The notes below the pieces were generated by a model. That model searched no databases. It saw only the letters and a list, made by a program, of their open reading frames with translations, and was not told the DNA's origin. From Octopus sinensis (taxonomy: Eukaryota): a stretch of 64,000 bases of DNA. The stretch is from NCBI RefSeq assembly GCF_006345805.1, contig NC_043004.1:9610001-9674000 (forward strand). The letters are read 5' to 3'. Positions 27,293 to 41,957 of the stretch are shown one piece after another; the stretch's first letter is position 1, and each line of letters opens with the position of its first letter. A program made the translations under genes and the position numbers.

Positions 27293-28090
27293 TGTTTGAA
27301 AGGAATATTGTTGAAGAAATGTTCGTGTGATGGATTAAATATTTTGCTACATTCGCTCACGCAGTTTCATACGTTTTGAGTTCAGATCACGCTGAAATCG
27401 ACTTTTTCAATCATGTGTCTATTGAATAAGTATCAGCTAAACACGGGACTCAATGTAATCGAATGTTCTTCTCCCACAATATGTGTCGCCGCATTTATGA
27501 CACACATTAATCTGTCCTTTACTGAAGATAGTTATTCAGTCTACGCATGAATTGGACATTTCAAACATTAAGAGAGAGAAAGAGAGAAAGAAAGTGAGAG
27601 ACGGAGAAAGAGAGAATGAGAGAAAGGAAGAGAGAGAGACAGGCAAAGAGAGAGAGAGAGAGAGACTAATATTAAATGAAAGACTTCAGCAAAGAGTGAG
27701 AAGGAAGCAAACGCATCTCGCAAAGTTTTAACTCAGTTTTCATCTATGTTCGTTGAGTAAAACGAGAAGCCTGAACCTAAATTAGACCTCATCCTCTCCC
27801 TCACACACACAGATGTGTATTTTGTTGTGTGTAATTGTCTTGTTCAGAATATGAACTCTCAACCCGCTTGCGACAGTTTTTATGTGTCCAACATCTTATT
27901 TCGTCAACCAAAAAACAAGCAACATCCAAGCGACCCAGCCAGCAGACGAGCACAGGAGATGTAAACTGTCGCTTCATTAGATTATTGCAACCTAATTATT
28001 TGATTGGCTAACACAGATGTTCACATTAAAATTGATTGCAACAGACGATAAAACAAAGAAACTCTCACATCTCTCTCTCTTCTCTCTCTC

Positions 28091-28150
<60 letters not shown>

Positions 28151-29142
28151 GAGTCATACCCGCGCGCGAACTCAAACACAAAGAAGGGAGAGGGATATGA
28201 ATATATGTAAAAGAAAAAAGAAATTATTGCTCCTTAAACTCTAAGAAACGTCAAAATTTGATAAACAAATTGTATACAAATAGAAGTAGAAAATATGGAG
28301 TGAGGGAATATGTGGCTGGTTCGCATAAAATCGTTTCCTAGTTAGAGAGAGAGAGAGAGAGAAACAGAGAATGGGTATAGGAACAAACAAGAAAAGCCAG
28401 TTAAAGAAAGAACGAGGTGGGGGAGTAGAAAATAGACGTTATTTATGTGTTTGTCTATTTATGTATTTATTGATATTATTTATGTTCTTTTGTCTTTATT
28501 TATGCAAACTATGCGTCGACCATGATAGAGTAAAGGTGGCGAGGGAGATGTTGAGAAGACGAGACAAAGCCTTTTACTCTTGTGTGTTTGCACAGCAGGT
28601 CACGTGAGTAGGCGATGTCAACGAGAAGCCAAGTTGTACCTTTAAGTGCGTAGATTAGTTAGTTCACTTCCGTCCACCATCTTGCAGTGTCTCTTTAAGC
28701 AAACAGAATTGATGAAAAGACCTATATAAACAATCGAAGCCCTCCATAATAATACTTCGCCAGTGGAACACTCTGGCAACATTGCTATAGGCTATGAAAT
28801 CTTTCTCTTTACTTTTCCAATGTAACTTTCCAATACAATATCTTCGACAGATGGAATTAAACTGTTACTTGTTCAAATCTATAAGAATATATTCATAAAA
28901 TCACACACGCGTACACATACAGATACACACAGATATACGCATGCGTGCACACACACTCAGACACTTATGAATGCATAAAGGCACATACTCAATCTAACAT
29001 ACATACATGTATCCACACACATACATAATCTCATATATTTCAACATATAAGCAATTATACTTTGGATTACATACTCACGTAGATACATAAGTGTCAATAT
29101 GCGAAGCTGTATATGCACATACGTATGTGTGTATGTATATAT

Positions 29143-29173
<31 letters not shown>

Positions 29174-29310
29174 TATATACATATATATATGTACATACAC
29201 ATACACATATATATTGTTAAATATATATATATGTATATTTGCGTGTGTGTGTGTGTGTGTACATGTAAATGCATATCGATATGTATGTATTTGTGTGTGT
29301 GTATACACAT

Positions 29311-29429
<119 letters not shown>

Positions 29430-29689
29430 TGTGTGCAGATATATGTATTTATGTTATGCTTAAACGGTCTGAAAAAATTTATTAGGATCTGAAGTCAAGG
29501 CGTCGTTGCAGTGACCTTTTGTAACTATGGTTACGTTCAAATGAACGCTTCAAAGCAATGTACAAAATCCCCACAAGATAGTATATCGCTTTTCACCATT
29601 ATTTTAGTATTATTACTCATACATGGCTACATAAGATTATAGTCCTGGTACGAAAGACCACCCGAACACGTTTTCTATTCCTGGTTTGA

Positions 29690-30340
29690 GATATTTCGAT
29701 GTAGTGAGGTCGCTAAAGCTCTTACACAACGATTGCTGGTTGATCAAGAAGTTCGCTTAACTGTTTGGAAGTTCGCAGTATATATATATGCAGTTCATCT
29801 TTGGTGTTACAAAGAGTTTTGTTGCTTTGTCGATCAACCGCGCCCAACATATAATAATCAAAATGGTTACAGTCTAGGGAGTTAGGTCGCCAGATGTTAG
29901 GGGCCATATGTTCGCAGTAGTTTCTGACAGCCATGACTGGATTTTCCTTGTTGTATGGCATGGTGCAGAGTCCTGTTGCCAGAAATATAGTCTTCTAGCA
30001 ACCACCCTCTTGGCCCAGGGCTGCACTTGATGTAGGCCTCCGTGTTGAGTCTGAGACCGTGTGGGAAAATGAATGGAGGTATAACGTTACCATCACTAGT
30101 GATCACTCCAAACGCCATGATGCTTAATTTTTATCACTCTCGGTACATGTTTTGGGGACAAGGCAAGCCAACAGTTCTGCGTGTTTCCCATCTGTTCGTA
30201 TTGGAGCTTTCGGTGCGAATGCCAAGCAGTACAGCATGTTGTTTCCAAACTTCTGGCAGAGTGAATTGTGCTGTTTTTCTCACAGGCGGTGCTCAACTGA
30301 CTCTACTATACTTATAGTCAACAAAATCAAAAACAAACAA
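29690..30340 (-). mobile_element. Internally deleted Tc1/mariner-superfamily transposase remnant (maT/DD37D-like)
   Basis: FGVITSDGNVIPPFIFPHGLRLNTEAYIKC, QDSAPCHT, IWRPNSLDCNHFDYY (cf. WPPNSPDLNPLDY); TIRs not identified. Confidence 0.8.
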
Positions 30341-30379
30341 TGTGTGTGTCTATGTGTATGAAAGACGGACGGGTGGATG

Positions 30380-31890
30380 GATGGATATGACCAAGCTGAG
30401 CGTTCTATGTAAAGAACGTAAAGCGTCCAGAGATTGAAGATGGTGAGAGATCTCCAAGAGAAGAAGGATACGAGTAAATGATGAAATTCAGGGTTGCTGG
30501 AATCGCCTAGAGAATACTAATGGATAATCTGAAGTATATGAAGAAGGATGGAAAGAGTAATATACAGCTTGAAGGGGCGACAGGGTCAGATTTTATAGAA
30601 CACACAGACGCATTTGAAAAAAATAATGACTTTGTAGTACGAAACCTTGACAATATTAATTCAAACATTTGTAGTGAATAAGCAAAGAATGTGAATAATA
30701 TCAACAAAACTTACAATAAGCCACACTCACAAGTTTTGCCAAACGTATATATTAGTGGACCCCGAAACAGTTTTGCGAACGTTTCCTATCAAAAAAAATA
30801 TCTGGACGCAGTCAGGAAAAAATACGTGGCAGAGGTGTGTCACAGAAGTCTGAGCTTCCTTTCCTAAGGAATTTACAAAAAACAAACAACGAGAAATCGA
30901 ACTGATCTCTGCATCATGGAAACTGGTGGCGGATTTAAGTGTACATTCAAACACTTAACTGAAGGAAGCTTGGACAAAGTGCGGGGCAGTGCACAGCTCA
31001 TAGACTTGGGAGAATCTTACGGAAATGACTACAAAGTAGTCAAGACTAAGGATGAGACAAGAAGCAGAAATAACCCATTTAACAAACACCTGCTTCTTAT
31101 CACAATGCTTGTGCCAACCCAATGCGAGGATAGCATTAATAGTAACAATGATCCCTGACTTGTTGCTACTTTCTGGTGCAATATGGGAAAGTTATGAGAG
31201 AAGACTCGAAAACTTACATGATCAGGATGGACCAGTAGGGACATACAATTCCCAATGACGTCCATTTGCAAGCACACAAACAAAAGCAGTCACACCAGTG
31301 TTGTAAGGAAGGAAGCCCAGTTATTACATGTATAGCAGTGAGAACTATAGGAAGGCTTTCTGCTTTGAGAAACAAGAATAGCTGAGAGAAAAAAAATATC
31401 GGTAAGCAATAAGAGAATCAACCACGAGAAGAAGAGTAGATTCCTGAGCCTACCATTCCGACAGCAGCACCCGTTGCACAATCGGATAGAGTTTCGAGGA
31501 TGTCAAAACATTCACCTTATCCTCAGGGACGAAATCGGCGACTGGTCACAGCTATCATTACACCATCATCACCTTGAAACACTGAATATAACATGAACAA
31601 CGAACTGAGGTGGAAAAATATCGAGGACAGTGGTGAATGAAGAAGAAGAAAGAACTTCAAAGGGAATGATGCAGAGCAGGTGAATGAGGTCTACCTCCTT
31701 CCCGGAAAAAAAGATCAAGAATAAAAAGCTTTCCCACTCCTCACAATAGTGAAAACGTTAAACTATGAATTGATCTGTTCCTTGAACGAACATCGGAATG
31801 AAAACGAAATCGATGTGGTGCTATTTGTGAATTGAGATATTGCTACTTGGCTGTTGCTGTCGTTGATTCCAGAGTACCATCCATCACAGC
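30380..31890 (+). mobile_element. Highly decayed LINE-like 5' region (possible ORF1 and start of APE endonuclease)
   Basis: Purine-rich coding-like non-microsatellite sequence with many stops; weak Cys/His and NYEL..R..G motifs only. Confidence 0.3.
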
Positions 31891-31899
31891 TCGGGAAAT

Positions 31900-33390
31900 T
31901 GCTAGTGCACGGCTAAACGAGTAATAATAGAGGAAAACTATTTAACAGTGACAACATCACACTAGATAAAGCAACTGAAATAAGGGAATTAGACCAAAGC
32001 CAGACATTACTTAGGAATCAATGAACTAGATACAATACAACACACACACAAATGAAAGAGAAGATAAGAAAGGAATACCATAGACGAGTTAGATTAATAT
32101 TAAAAACAGAGGTCAATGCAAAAGCCGTCCCAATTATAAGTTAAAGTTACAATATCCTTAACTGGACAGTAAATGAATTAAATCAAAACAGATAGGAAAA
32201 CAAGCAAAATAATGACAGGATATAGGATTCACCACCCAAAATCTGACATAGAAAGGTTATATATACTACGTATAGAAGGTAGTAGCGGCCTTATACAGCT
32301 AGAAAGCTATTACAAAATAACCACAATAGGACGACAAAATACCTACTTCAGAAGCAAGAAAAATTAATATAAATAGCCACAAAACACGAACAGCAAAAAA
32401 AATGTTTTCAGTCTTTAAGGATGCTGTCAATTACTAAAAAGAAGTCATACTACCTAATTGCTATGAAGACAAAGAAGAAACAACAAAAGCTGTTAAACAA
32501 CTGAAATCCAAACCAAAACTGAACAGCAACGGATGATGATGAAACTGTTGCAAGAAAAGCCCGTTCATGGCAAATACTGGGTTAAGCTAAACGCAAAAGA
32601 AATAGAGAAAGCAAAATCCCAACAATGGCTGAGAAACTCAGGACCCAAAGCAGAGATTGAAGGATTTTTAATTGCAGCATAAAGACCAAAGCCTTCCCCA
32701 ACAGGAATTACCAAAAACATGCAATGAAAAGAAACATAACAAGTAACTGCAGAATGTGTGGAGATGGACAAGAAACAATAAAGCATATTATCTCTGGCTG
32801 CCCAGTCCTGGCTAAGAAGGAATACATTCACAGACACGACAGAGTTGGGACCTACATACACTGGAAGCTGTGCCAACACTATAGAATAGCAGCAGAAAAA
32901 AGATGGTATAGGCACACACCAGGAAAGGTCACAGAAAACAAGAAAGCAACCATACTTTGGGATATGCCAATACACACAGATAGAGAAATTAAGGCCAACC
33001 GGCCAGATATAGTTGTCAGAGATCACCAAGAAAAAATGCTTTCTAATTGATGTATCAATACAAACAGATGGCAATGTTTCTCTAAAAGAAATGGAGAAAC
33101 TTTCAAAATATAAAGATCTGGAAATAGAGGTGACTCGAGTGTGGATTCTAAAAACAGAACCAATTCTTAGGTTCATTAAGTATGATAAAAAATATTGTGA
33201 CAAATACAACAAAAACACCAAGACTAACAAGCGTATATAATATACAGAAAATAGCTCTCCTAGGCACCGCACACATCCTGCGTAAAACACTTTTATACAT
33301 TAAAAATAAGAGCATCATAACAAACCAAAGCACATACTCAAGGCACACAGAGTATTGTAATGCAGTGAAAGTATGTGATAAAAATAAGAC
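31900..33390 (+). mobile_element. R4/Dong-like RLE LINE, 5'-truncated
   Basis: MKEKIRKEYHRRVRLILKTE; ORF 32724..33050 CRMCG..ETIKHIISGC..RHDRV..ILWD..NRPDIVV; ORF 33013..33240 LIDVS..KLSKYKDL; IQKIALLGTAHILRKTL; followed by (TAC)n(TAA)n. Confidence 0.93.
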
Positions 33391-33406
33391 TACTGAATAC
33401 TACTAT

Positions 33407-34132
<726 letters not shown>

Positions 34133-34146
34133 TAATAATAATAATA

Positions 34147-34193
<47 letters not shown>

Positions 34194-34417
34194 GTAATAA
34201 TAATGCTATCATAATAACGATGGTAGAATAATATTATTAGAATAGTAATAAAATTATTTTTATCATTATTATTACCTCCACACACACACGTGCGCGCAAA
34301 CGCGAACTTACAGGTACATACATGCATGCATGCATGCACACACATATATACATACATATATACATATATATACATATATATATATATACATACATATATA
34401 TGTGTGTGTGTGTATAC

Positions 34418-34460
<43 letters not shown>

Positions 34461-34701
34461 CATATAAAAAATGGCTTGTCCGTTTTCGTTTTTCGTTGAG
34501 TTCTACGTCTAGTTGCGGTGTCCTGTACTCACGTATATATATTTATATATGCATGTATATATACATGTAGATGTAGGTACGTACATATATGTTTGTATGT
34601 ATGCATATATTTTATTTATTACATTATTGTCTGACAGCGCATTCGCGTCGGGGTCGATCCGATTCGTCGCTTCGTTCCACTTCTCTTCCTCCCAGTATTG
34701 T

Positions 34702-34735
<34 letters not shown>

Positions 34736-34777
34736 TGCATACATATATTTCTGTTAATGGTAACTGAGCATGTATTC

Positions 34778-34850
<73 letters not shown>

Positions 34851-35252
34851 CAAAAAACATTCAAGCATTTACGCTCGAAATAAGATGTCACTGCTTTGAA
34901 TATCATCTACGGTAAATATCTTAGAATTGTGATATTAACAATAGTAACACAGGCGGTTGGGCAGGTCTACTAGTATTAAATAGATATAAAATTTAAAGTT
35001 ACCATGAAACACAAGGAGGCGGAAACAGCATCAACCTGTTTAGAATTAGGAGCTAAATCCTTAATATACAACCATCAGAAAGCACCAAAAAGAAAAAAAC
35101 AGAAAAACAACAGTAGGCGAAGAATCAAGACATTTAAAAAGCATACGTTTAAAGAATACGCCATTCGGGTACTCATATACCTTATGAATTATATGTAGGT
35201 GTATATACATATATACATACATACATATATACATACATACATATATATATAT

Positions 35253-35296
<44 letters not shown>

Positions 35297-35299
35297 TAA

Positions 35300-35441
<142 letters not shown>

Positions 35442-35627
35442 TAGATATAGATATATACATACATACATTTATGTATAATAAATTACATATGTACATATAT
35501 ATATTAATATATAGAGAGGCTTATAGATAGATATTTATTCACATACACATGTGTATGTGCGTATATGTGTATACGTAAGTATATGTATTTGTATATATAT
35601 AAGTACATATGTATCTATTCATCTATT

Positions 35628-36206
35628 CATCCCTTCCTCGCAAGCCTGAGTGATACGCTCGAACTAGTTTCGGGATTGTTGTCCCTCGTCAACGGGCGGT
35701 AACCACAAGGTAGCGATGCAAATACTCCAAGGACACAGATATTGTGTCTAGAGCCAGCTAGAGACGAAGATCTCTTGGGGCTATAAAGCTACAGTAACAC
35801 CCCCTCCCCAATGTGGTTAGCCATGATAAGATGGCTTCTATACATTACATTATCGAGCGATTACTGTTTCAATCTCATTCTGAGATTTAATTATGCTTAC
35901 TGTTCGTTTTTCGACATCAGTGGCAGACGCCATTAGAAAACCTTATATCTATTTGCAAAGGAGCCTTCACTTTCATCGCTACCTGGTGGTTACCGCCCGT
36001 TGACGAGGGACAACAATCCCGAAACTAGTTCGAGCGTATCACTCAGGCTTGCGAGGAAGGGATGGCCTCCCTTGGCAAATACTCCAAGGACACAGATATT
36101 GTGTCTAGAGCCAGCTAGAGACGAAGATCTCTTGGGGCTATAAAGCTATAGTAACACCCCCTCCCCAATGTGGTTAGCCATGATAAGATGGCTTCTATAC
36201 TTTACA
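35628..36206 (+). mobile_element. Penelope-type pseudo-LTR cassette: A(inverted)-B-C-A-B
   Basis: 35628-35718 is the reverse complement of 35974-36064; 35719-35849 directly repeats at 36076-36206; segment A holds a hammerhead motif. Confidence 0.8.
35994..36036 (+). ncRNA. Minimal type I hammerhead ribozyme motif (U3 variant); antisense twin at ~35656-35698
   Basis: cgcccg-ttgacga-ggga-caacaa-tccc-gaaac-ta-gtt-cgagcg; helix I 5 of 6 pairs (6 of 6 in twin read with same mismatch pattern not assured), helix II 4 bp, palindrome aactagtt. Confidence 0.68.
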
Positions 36207-36452
36207 ATATATATATATATATATATATAAATTACATATGTACATATATATATTAATATATAGATATATATTTATAGATAGATATTTATTCACATACACA
36301 TGTGTGTGTGCGTATATGTGTATACGTAAGTATATGTATTTGTATATATATAAGTACATATGTATCTATTCATCTATTTTTCTCTCTTTTTCTCTACTCT
36401 CTCTCTCTCTCTCACTAAATATATACATACATACACACACACACACACACAT

Positions 36453-36500
<48 letters not shown>

Positions 36501-36553
36501 TATTTTGAAATAATAGCATGAAATTCAATAGCAAAAAGAAAATCCTTACGAAG

Positions 36554-36585
<32 letters not shown>

Positions 36586-36801
36586 CTAAAATAGTATTTT
36601 TGATATTTTATACAAACAGCACTCATTATAAATTCACTGTATAATATTCTAACAGAATATATTTAATTAATGATATATATATCTTTCCAGTTTTCCCGGG
36701 CGTTAAACTAATACACCAGTTTGTTGCTCCTAAACTTGTCTTCATCTTTTGTTTTCTGTAAATTTGTATCATATATATGTCTGTGATTTTGTGTGTGTGT
36801 A

Positions 36802-36840
<39 letters not shown>

Positions 36841-37003
36841 AAAATTTAAAATGGCAAAAAAAGAAAAGCATAAATTATAGAATAAAAAGAAAAATAAAGA
36901 CAAACAAAAGAAACGGTAACGAAAAATGAAAGAATGAATAAATATAATTAAAAATATAAAATATGAAGACGATAGCAAATAAATAACAAAAAGAAGGAAG
37001 GAA

Positions 37004-37039
<36 letters not shown>

Positions 37040-37442
37040 GGAGAGAAAAAGAAGTGACGTAAAAGAATAGTTAAGAAGGGAAAAACTTGATAGTATTTCG
37101 TAATGACAATATCGCGTGTGTAATGTTAGTGACAGCAGAACGTTTAGAAGATGCTTTTTCCCCCTGCATTGTTAACAATATCAAATATTGTTACTGGTCT
37201 TATTCACTGTGAATATTATTTGGATAAGGATTGTTAACGCTCCGACAATTATCCAAGAGTCTGCTTCGAATAATAATAATCTTTTTTATCACTCTCTCTC
37301 TAATCACATGACACTCACTTTCAATTGCCGTCACGTGAGTCATCCAAATCTGTGAACAACTGGTAATCTTTGTCACTTCACTAAACGGTTGTCGCTTCTT
37401 CTCAAACTGTCCCTCTCTCCCACTATATGTGTATGTATGTAA

Positions 37443-37577
<135 letters not shown>

Positions 37578-37594
37578 TAGATAGATAGATAGAT

Positions 37595-37656
<62 letters not shown>

Positions 37657-37696
37657 CACTGTATCATCATCATCAACATCGTCATTGGCATTATTA

Positions 37697-37727
<31 letters not shown>

Positions 37728-37730
<3 letters not shown>

Positions 37731-40060
37731 CTCCCAAGCTAACCTGTCATATCTCTCGACTTCTTTATCGCATACCGGTTGTCAGCTGGGCATGCTATAT
37801 TTATGATCCAGCATAGTTTGTTTTCTTTCTCAAGACCATGTCCGGCTTCCTATTCTCTATCTCATGGTCGCACTGTATCATAAAATCACATAGGATCTTT
37901 GCATTTCTATTTTCGACGATGCCTTCAGGTTTGTGGTCGTACCAATTTTTTGCTGTCAAGTCCATACTTGTTGCAAAGTGCCCAATGAACAAGCCTGGCT
38001 ATATTGTCATGCCGTCTCTTATATTCTTTCTGGGATAGTGGCGTACATTGGCTGGTAAAATGCCATACGGTCTCACCGTTTTGTCCACAGATTCTGCACT
38101 TATTACTTTCTGCTGCGTTGTCTATTCTGTATTTTATGAAGTTTGTTCTTGGTGCTTGCACTTGGGCAGCACAGATTAGAGCCTCCGTTTCCGGTTTTAA
38201 ATCACTTTTAGTCATCCACAGCCATCTTTTTTCTCTGTCTGTCTTATATTCAACATCCCTAGGAAATTGACCATGCATTCTTTTCTTTAACCACCTATTT
38301 TCAGTTTCATACGTTTTCAGTTTCTTGTATAGTGCTTTATCTTTGCAATCTTTCATCCTACACAAGCCTGACCTTCTTACTTCTAATAATAGCGGTTCTG
38401 CGGCATTTTTTACAAACCATGTTGTTGTATTCTTCTGCTCTAATGTTGTGTTCGCATCCACTAAGTCCTCTTCCCCCTCTTTTACTTGGTACACACACTC
38501 TATCTGTGTCACTTTTTTGGGAAGTGACCTATATCTAGTTAGCAACTTCCTTGTCTTTCTGTCTAAGCTGTTTAGTTCGTCTACTGTCCATGCGATTATC
38601 CCTGCTCCATATCTAAGGAGTGAAACCGCCCAGGTGTTGATAGCCTCGATCTTATTCTGTCCGTTTAATTTCGACTTAATGGTCAGTCTCAGTCTGCACA
38701 AATACTCCACTTCAAATCTTTCTGTCATTTCTTTCTCCATCAATTTATCCATTTCCAGTATCCCCAAGTATTTATAGCATGTCTCTTCTATCTGCTTCAT
38801 AACCTCTCCCGACGGTATCATTAACCCGTCCAAACGTTTGATTTTGCCTCACTTCAATACTAACACACCACACTTCCTCAGTCCGAACTCCATTCTGATA
38901 TCAGCAATGAAGGTATTCAACGTATCAACGAGGGAGCTGGCTTGGGCTTCATCTTTACCATAAAGTTTGAGGTCATCCATGAATAACAAATGGTTGACTT
39001 TTTGTGGGCGGCTTTTCAATACATACCCAGCTTTTGCTTTCCTCAGAATCAGTGTCAGTGTTATCAAGCACAGTACAAATATCAGTGGGGACAGACAGTC
39101 CCCTTGGAAGATGCCCCTCCTAATTTCTACTGTCCCTAAACTTCTTCCGTATGCTGTCAGGTCCGTCCACCAATTCTACATACTTTTTCCAAGCAATCGC
39201 TTAACATTCGATGCAATCCCAAACAGGTTCGTACACTCCATAATCCATGAATGAGAGATCATATCAATAGTCGATCCATGAGATAGCTAAGTTACTTTCC
39301 CTCCTGCTGCAGTCTCTGAGTACAGTTTTGTCAACCAGGAGTTGATCCTTGATACCTCTGCACTTACGCTTGCAACCCTTCTGCTCAAGTGGCAGGACTC
39401 CATTTTTTCTAGATATTCGTACATTGACTCTGCGAGTATTCCAGTCAATAACTTCCACATAAGTTGCAAACAGGATATCGGCCTGTAATTGTCTAACGCA
39501 TTGCCTTTTTTTTTTCTCGATGTTTTGCAGGTACAGCACTGTCCTACCCAATGTCAACCATTCTGGTGTTGCTTGGTCGGCATTTAGCAAGGTGTTGAGT
39601 TGCTCAGCTATTCGTGCATGACATTCACCAAATCTTTTGATCCAGTAGCCTTGAACTCCTTCTGGTCCCGGGGCTTTCCACTTGCTCATTTTTTTTCTGA
39701 TTTCCTTTACTTCCCTAACTGAAATGACTATTTCTGCCTGTTTTGGACAGACTACTGTTTGTTTCAGTTCTTGCAACCATTCAGCATCCTTCTTGTGCTC
39801 CTTGTCTTTGCTCCAGATGTCACTCCCAAACCTTTGACATTCGATGTTAACTAGTATCAACTTTTCATCTGTCCACTCTCCATTTATTTCTTTATAGAAT
39901 CTCTTCTGATCTACTCTGAACAACCTATTCTGGTGGTAACCCTTCCTTCTTTGGTCGTATCTTATCATCTTTGCTTTCTTTGCAACGAGGCGCTGTTTCA
40001 GTTCCTCCACTACTATTTTCAGCCCCTTTCTTTCAATATTATACTTCCTTTTCAGCGTCG
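37728..40060 (-). mobile_element. R4/Dong-like RLE LINE (RT, zinc knuckle, RLE), truncated at both ends
   Basis: ORFs 39264..40010 (KWKAPGPEGVQGYWIK), 38849..39067 (HLLFMDDLKLY), 37925..38833 (YKYLG, CRICG..ETVWHF..C..RRHD), 37801..37992 (RKPD); RGIFQGDCLSP at ~39085-39120; (TTA)n both sides. Confidence 0.95.
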
Positions 40061-40062
40061 TG

Positions 40063-40092
40063 TATTATTATCATCACCATTATTATTATCAC

Positions 40093-40140
<48 letters not shown>

Positions 40141-40207
40141 CATTATTATCATTATCATTATTATCATTATCATTATTATCATTATCATTATCATCATTAT
40201 CATTATC

Positions 40208-40250
<43 letters not shown>
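40063..40250. repeat. (TTA)n/(TCA)n tract between two LINE copies
   Basis: Direct reading. Confidence 0.95.
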
Positions 40251-40251
<1 letters not shown>

Positions 40252-40254
40252 TAG

Positions 40255-41550
40255 ACGTCGCACAGTATACAATATCGCGAAGTTGTTGATTGAAGATATT
40301 GTGTCTATCTGTTTTTTTTTTTTTTGTATTGTTTGTCAAGTTGCCACGAGGATCTCAGACAGACTGTACTTTGCACAATATACGTATAGTTCCAAGTAAT
40401 GCCGACATTTGCAATACACCTAGATTGTTGGGTATTTCTAAAGATTTCAGGAGTTTTTTCTTTCAGATTGAACCCAATGCTCAGATGATACTAGGGATAA
40501 CCTTTATGTTTGACTCTCGTAGCTGCCACATCTTAGCGATCTCAATTCTCAAGTATCCATATTTATCAACCTTTTCTCTTTCTTTCATGATGATATGTTG
40601 ATCACATGGTACTGTCACGCCAATTATTGAGCACTCTTACCTGTCCTTCCTAAAGGTTACTATATCCGGCCTTCGGTCCCCTAATATCTTGTCTGTCTGG
40701 AAGTCAAAGTCCCAGACGATTTTTGCCTTCCCCTTTTCGTCCATTACCTTTTCCGGTGTATGTTGGTACCAGACACCCGTAACCTCATAGCCATACTTAC
40801 GGTATAGTAGCCAGTGGAGGTTTTGGACTACCTCGTCGTGTCTACACTTGTACCCTTTCTGCGCAAGACTTTCACAAGCACAAATAATGTAAGTTAAGAT
40901 TTCGACCCTCTTCCTATATATTCTGTGTGGTATCTATTTTTGTCACTAAGTTGGTATTCAATGCTTGGTCCTGGCCAGCGATGATTAGGCTTTCAGTATT
41001 CTTTTTAGGTCACTCTTGTTAAGCCACCTCCATGATGCTTCTCGGTCTTTTAATCTGTTGATTTCACGGTAGAACTGACCATGTAATTCCATACGGAGTA
41101 GGGTTTCTTCTCATTCGTTGACTGTTTTTGATTGGAATTCATGAATACCCTCAAGTCCATTTTTGTTAAATTGTTCTGCATTAGCAGCATACAGTAACAG
41201 GGTCTCGTTTTTTGCTGTTTACCAAATATTCTGCCATGTTTCTTCTTTCACTGCTGATGCATTCCCGTACGCTAATCAGCCTACGTCCATCTTTACCTCT
41301 CTCCATGTAGAGCCTGTGGCCTGTGTACATTCGTCTTAGGGAGGAGGGAACCATACATTGTCATTGTCTTTCGAGTAGTACCATCGAATTGGTTAATCTT
41401 AGTGTCCATTTTAGGATGGGTGCACTTTAGCAGACTACAACTGCTGTATGTTGATAGCAGTCACAAGGTTTGTTAAGTTGAGTTTTGATTTCAAGAGAAA
41501 TTTGAGGCGCTTGAAATATACAATAATGACCTTGTATTTCATTTCTTTAT
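40255..41550 (-). mobile_element. Older R4/Dong-like RLE LINE, 3' part
   Basis: Minus strand LAQKGYKCRHDEV, IVWDFDFQTDK, RRPDIV, IGVTVPCD, KVDKYGYLRIEI, QMSALLGTIRI. Confidence 0.85.
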
Positions 41551-41570
41551 AATAATGGTATTTATTTTAC

Positions 41571-41735
41571 AAGCTTAAAACTTATAGCGATCATATAAAC
41601 CCTCGACAGAAAAAAAGTAGGCTTTCCCGAACGCGTGGGAAAACCTACTTTTTTTTCTGTCGAGGACTTATATGCCCCATTATTAGACTATTTTCCTTAG
41701 TCATTTGCATGGTGATCGCTATAAGCTTTAAGCTT
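41571..41735. repeat. Nested inverted repeat (fold-back)
   Basis: Outer aagcttaaaacttatagcgatca / tgatcgctataagctttaagctt; inner cctcgacagaaaaaaagtaggctttccc / gggaaaacctacttttttttctgtcgagg. Confidence 0.9.
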
Positions 41736-41957
41736 ATGTTAAATATATATATATGAAGTTATAAATTACCAGATAAATATAGTATGATAAAATCTATTTA
41801 ATTATTGGAAATTATTATTTAACGACAATTGGTTTTCTCTTGTATCGTACTCTATATTCTATGTTTTGTAGAATGATACATTAAGAAACTTTTTTTTTAT
41901 GAGTACCATCGGATTAGGTGAATCCATATTTTGTGATTAAATTTATATATATATATA

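Noticed and set aside
32565-33290. 241 aa minus-strand ORF (and similar ORFs 38325..38777, 19551..20027)
   Set aside because: Antisense shadows of LINE coding sequence.
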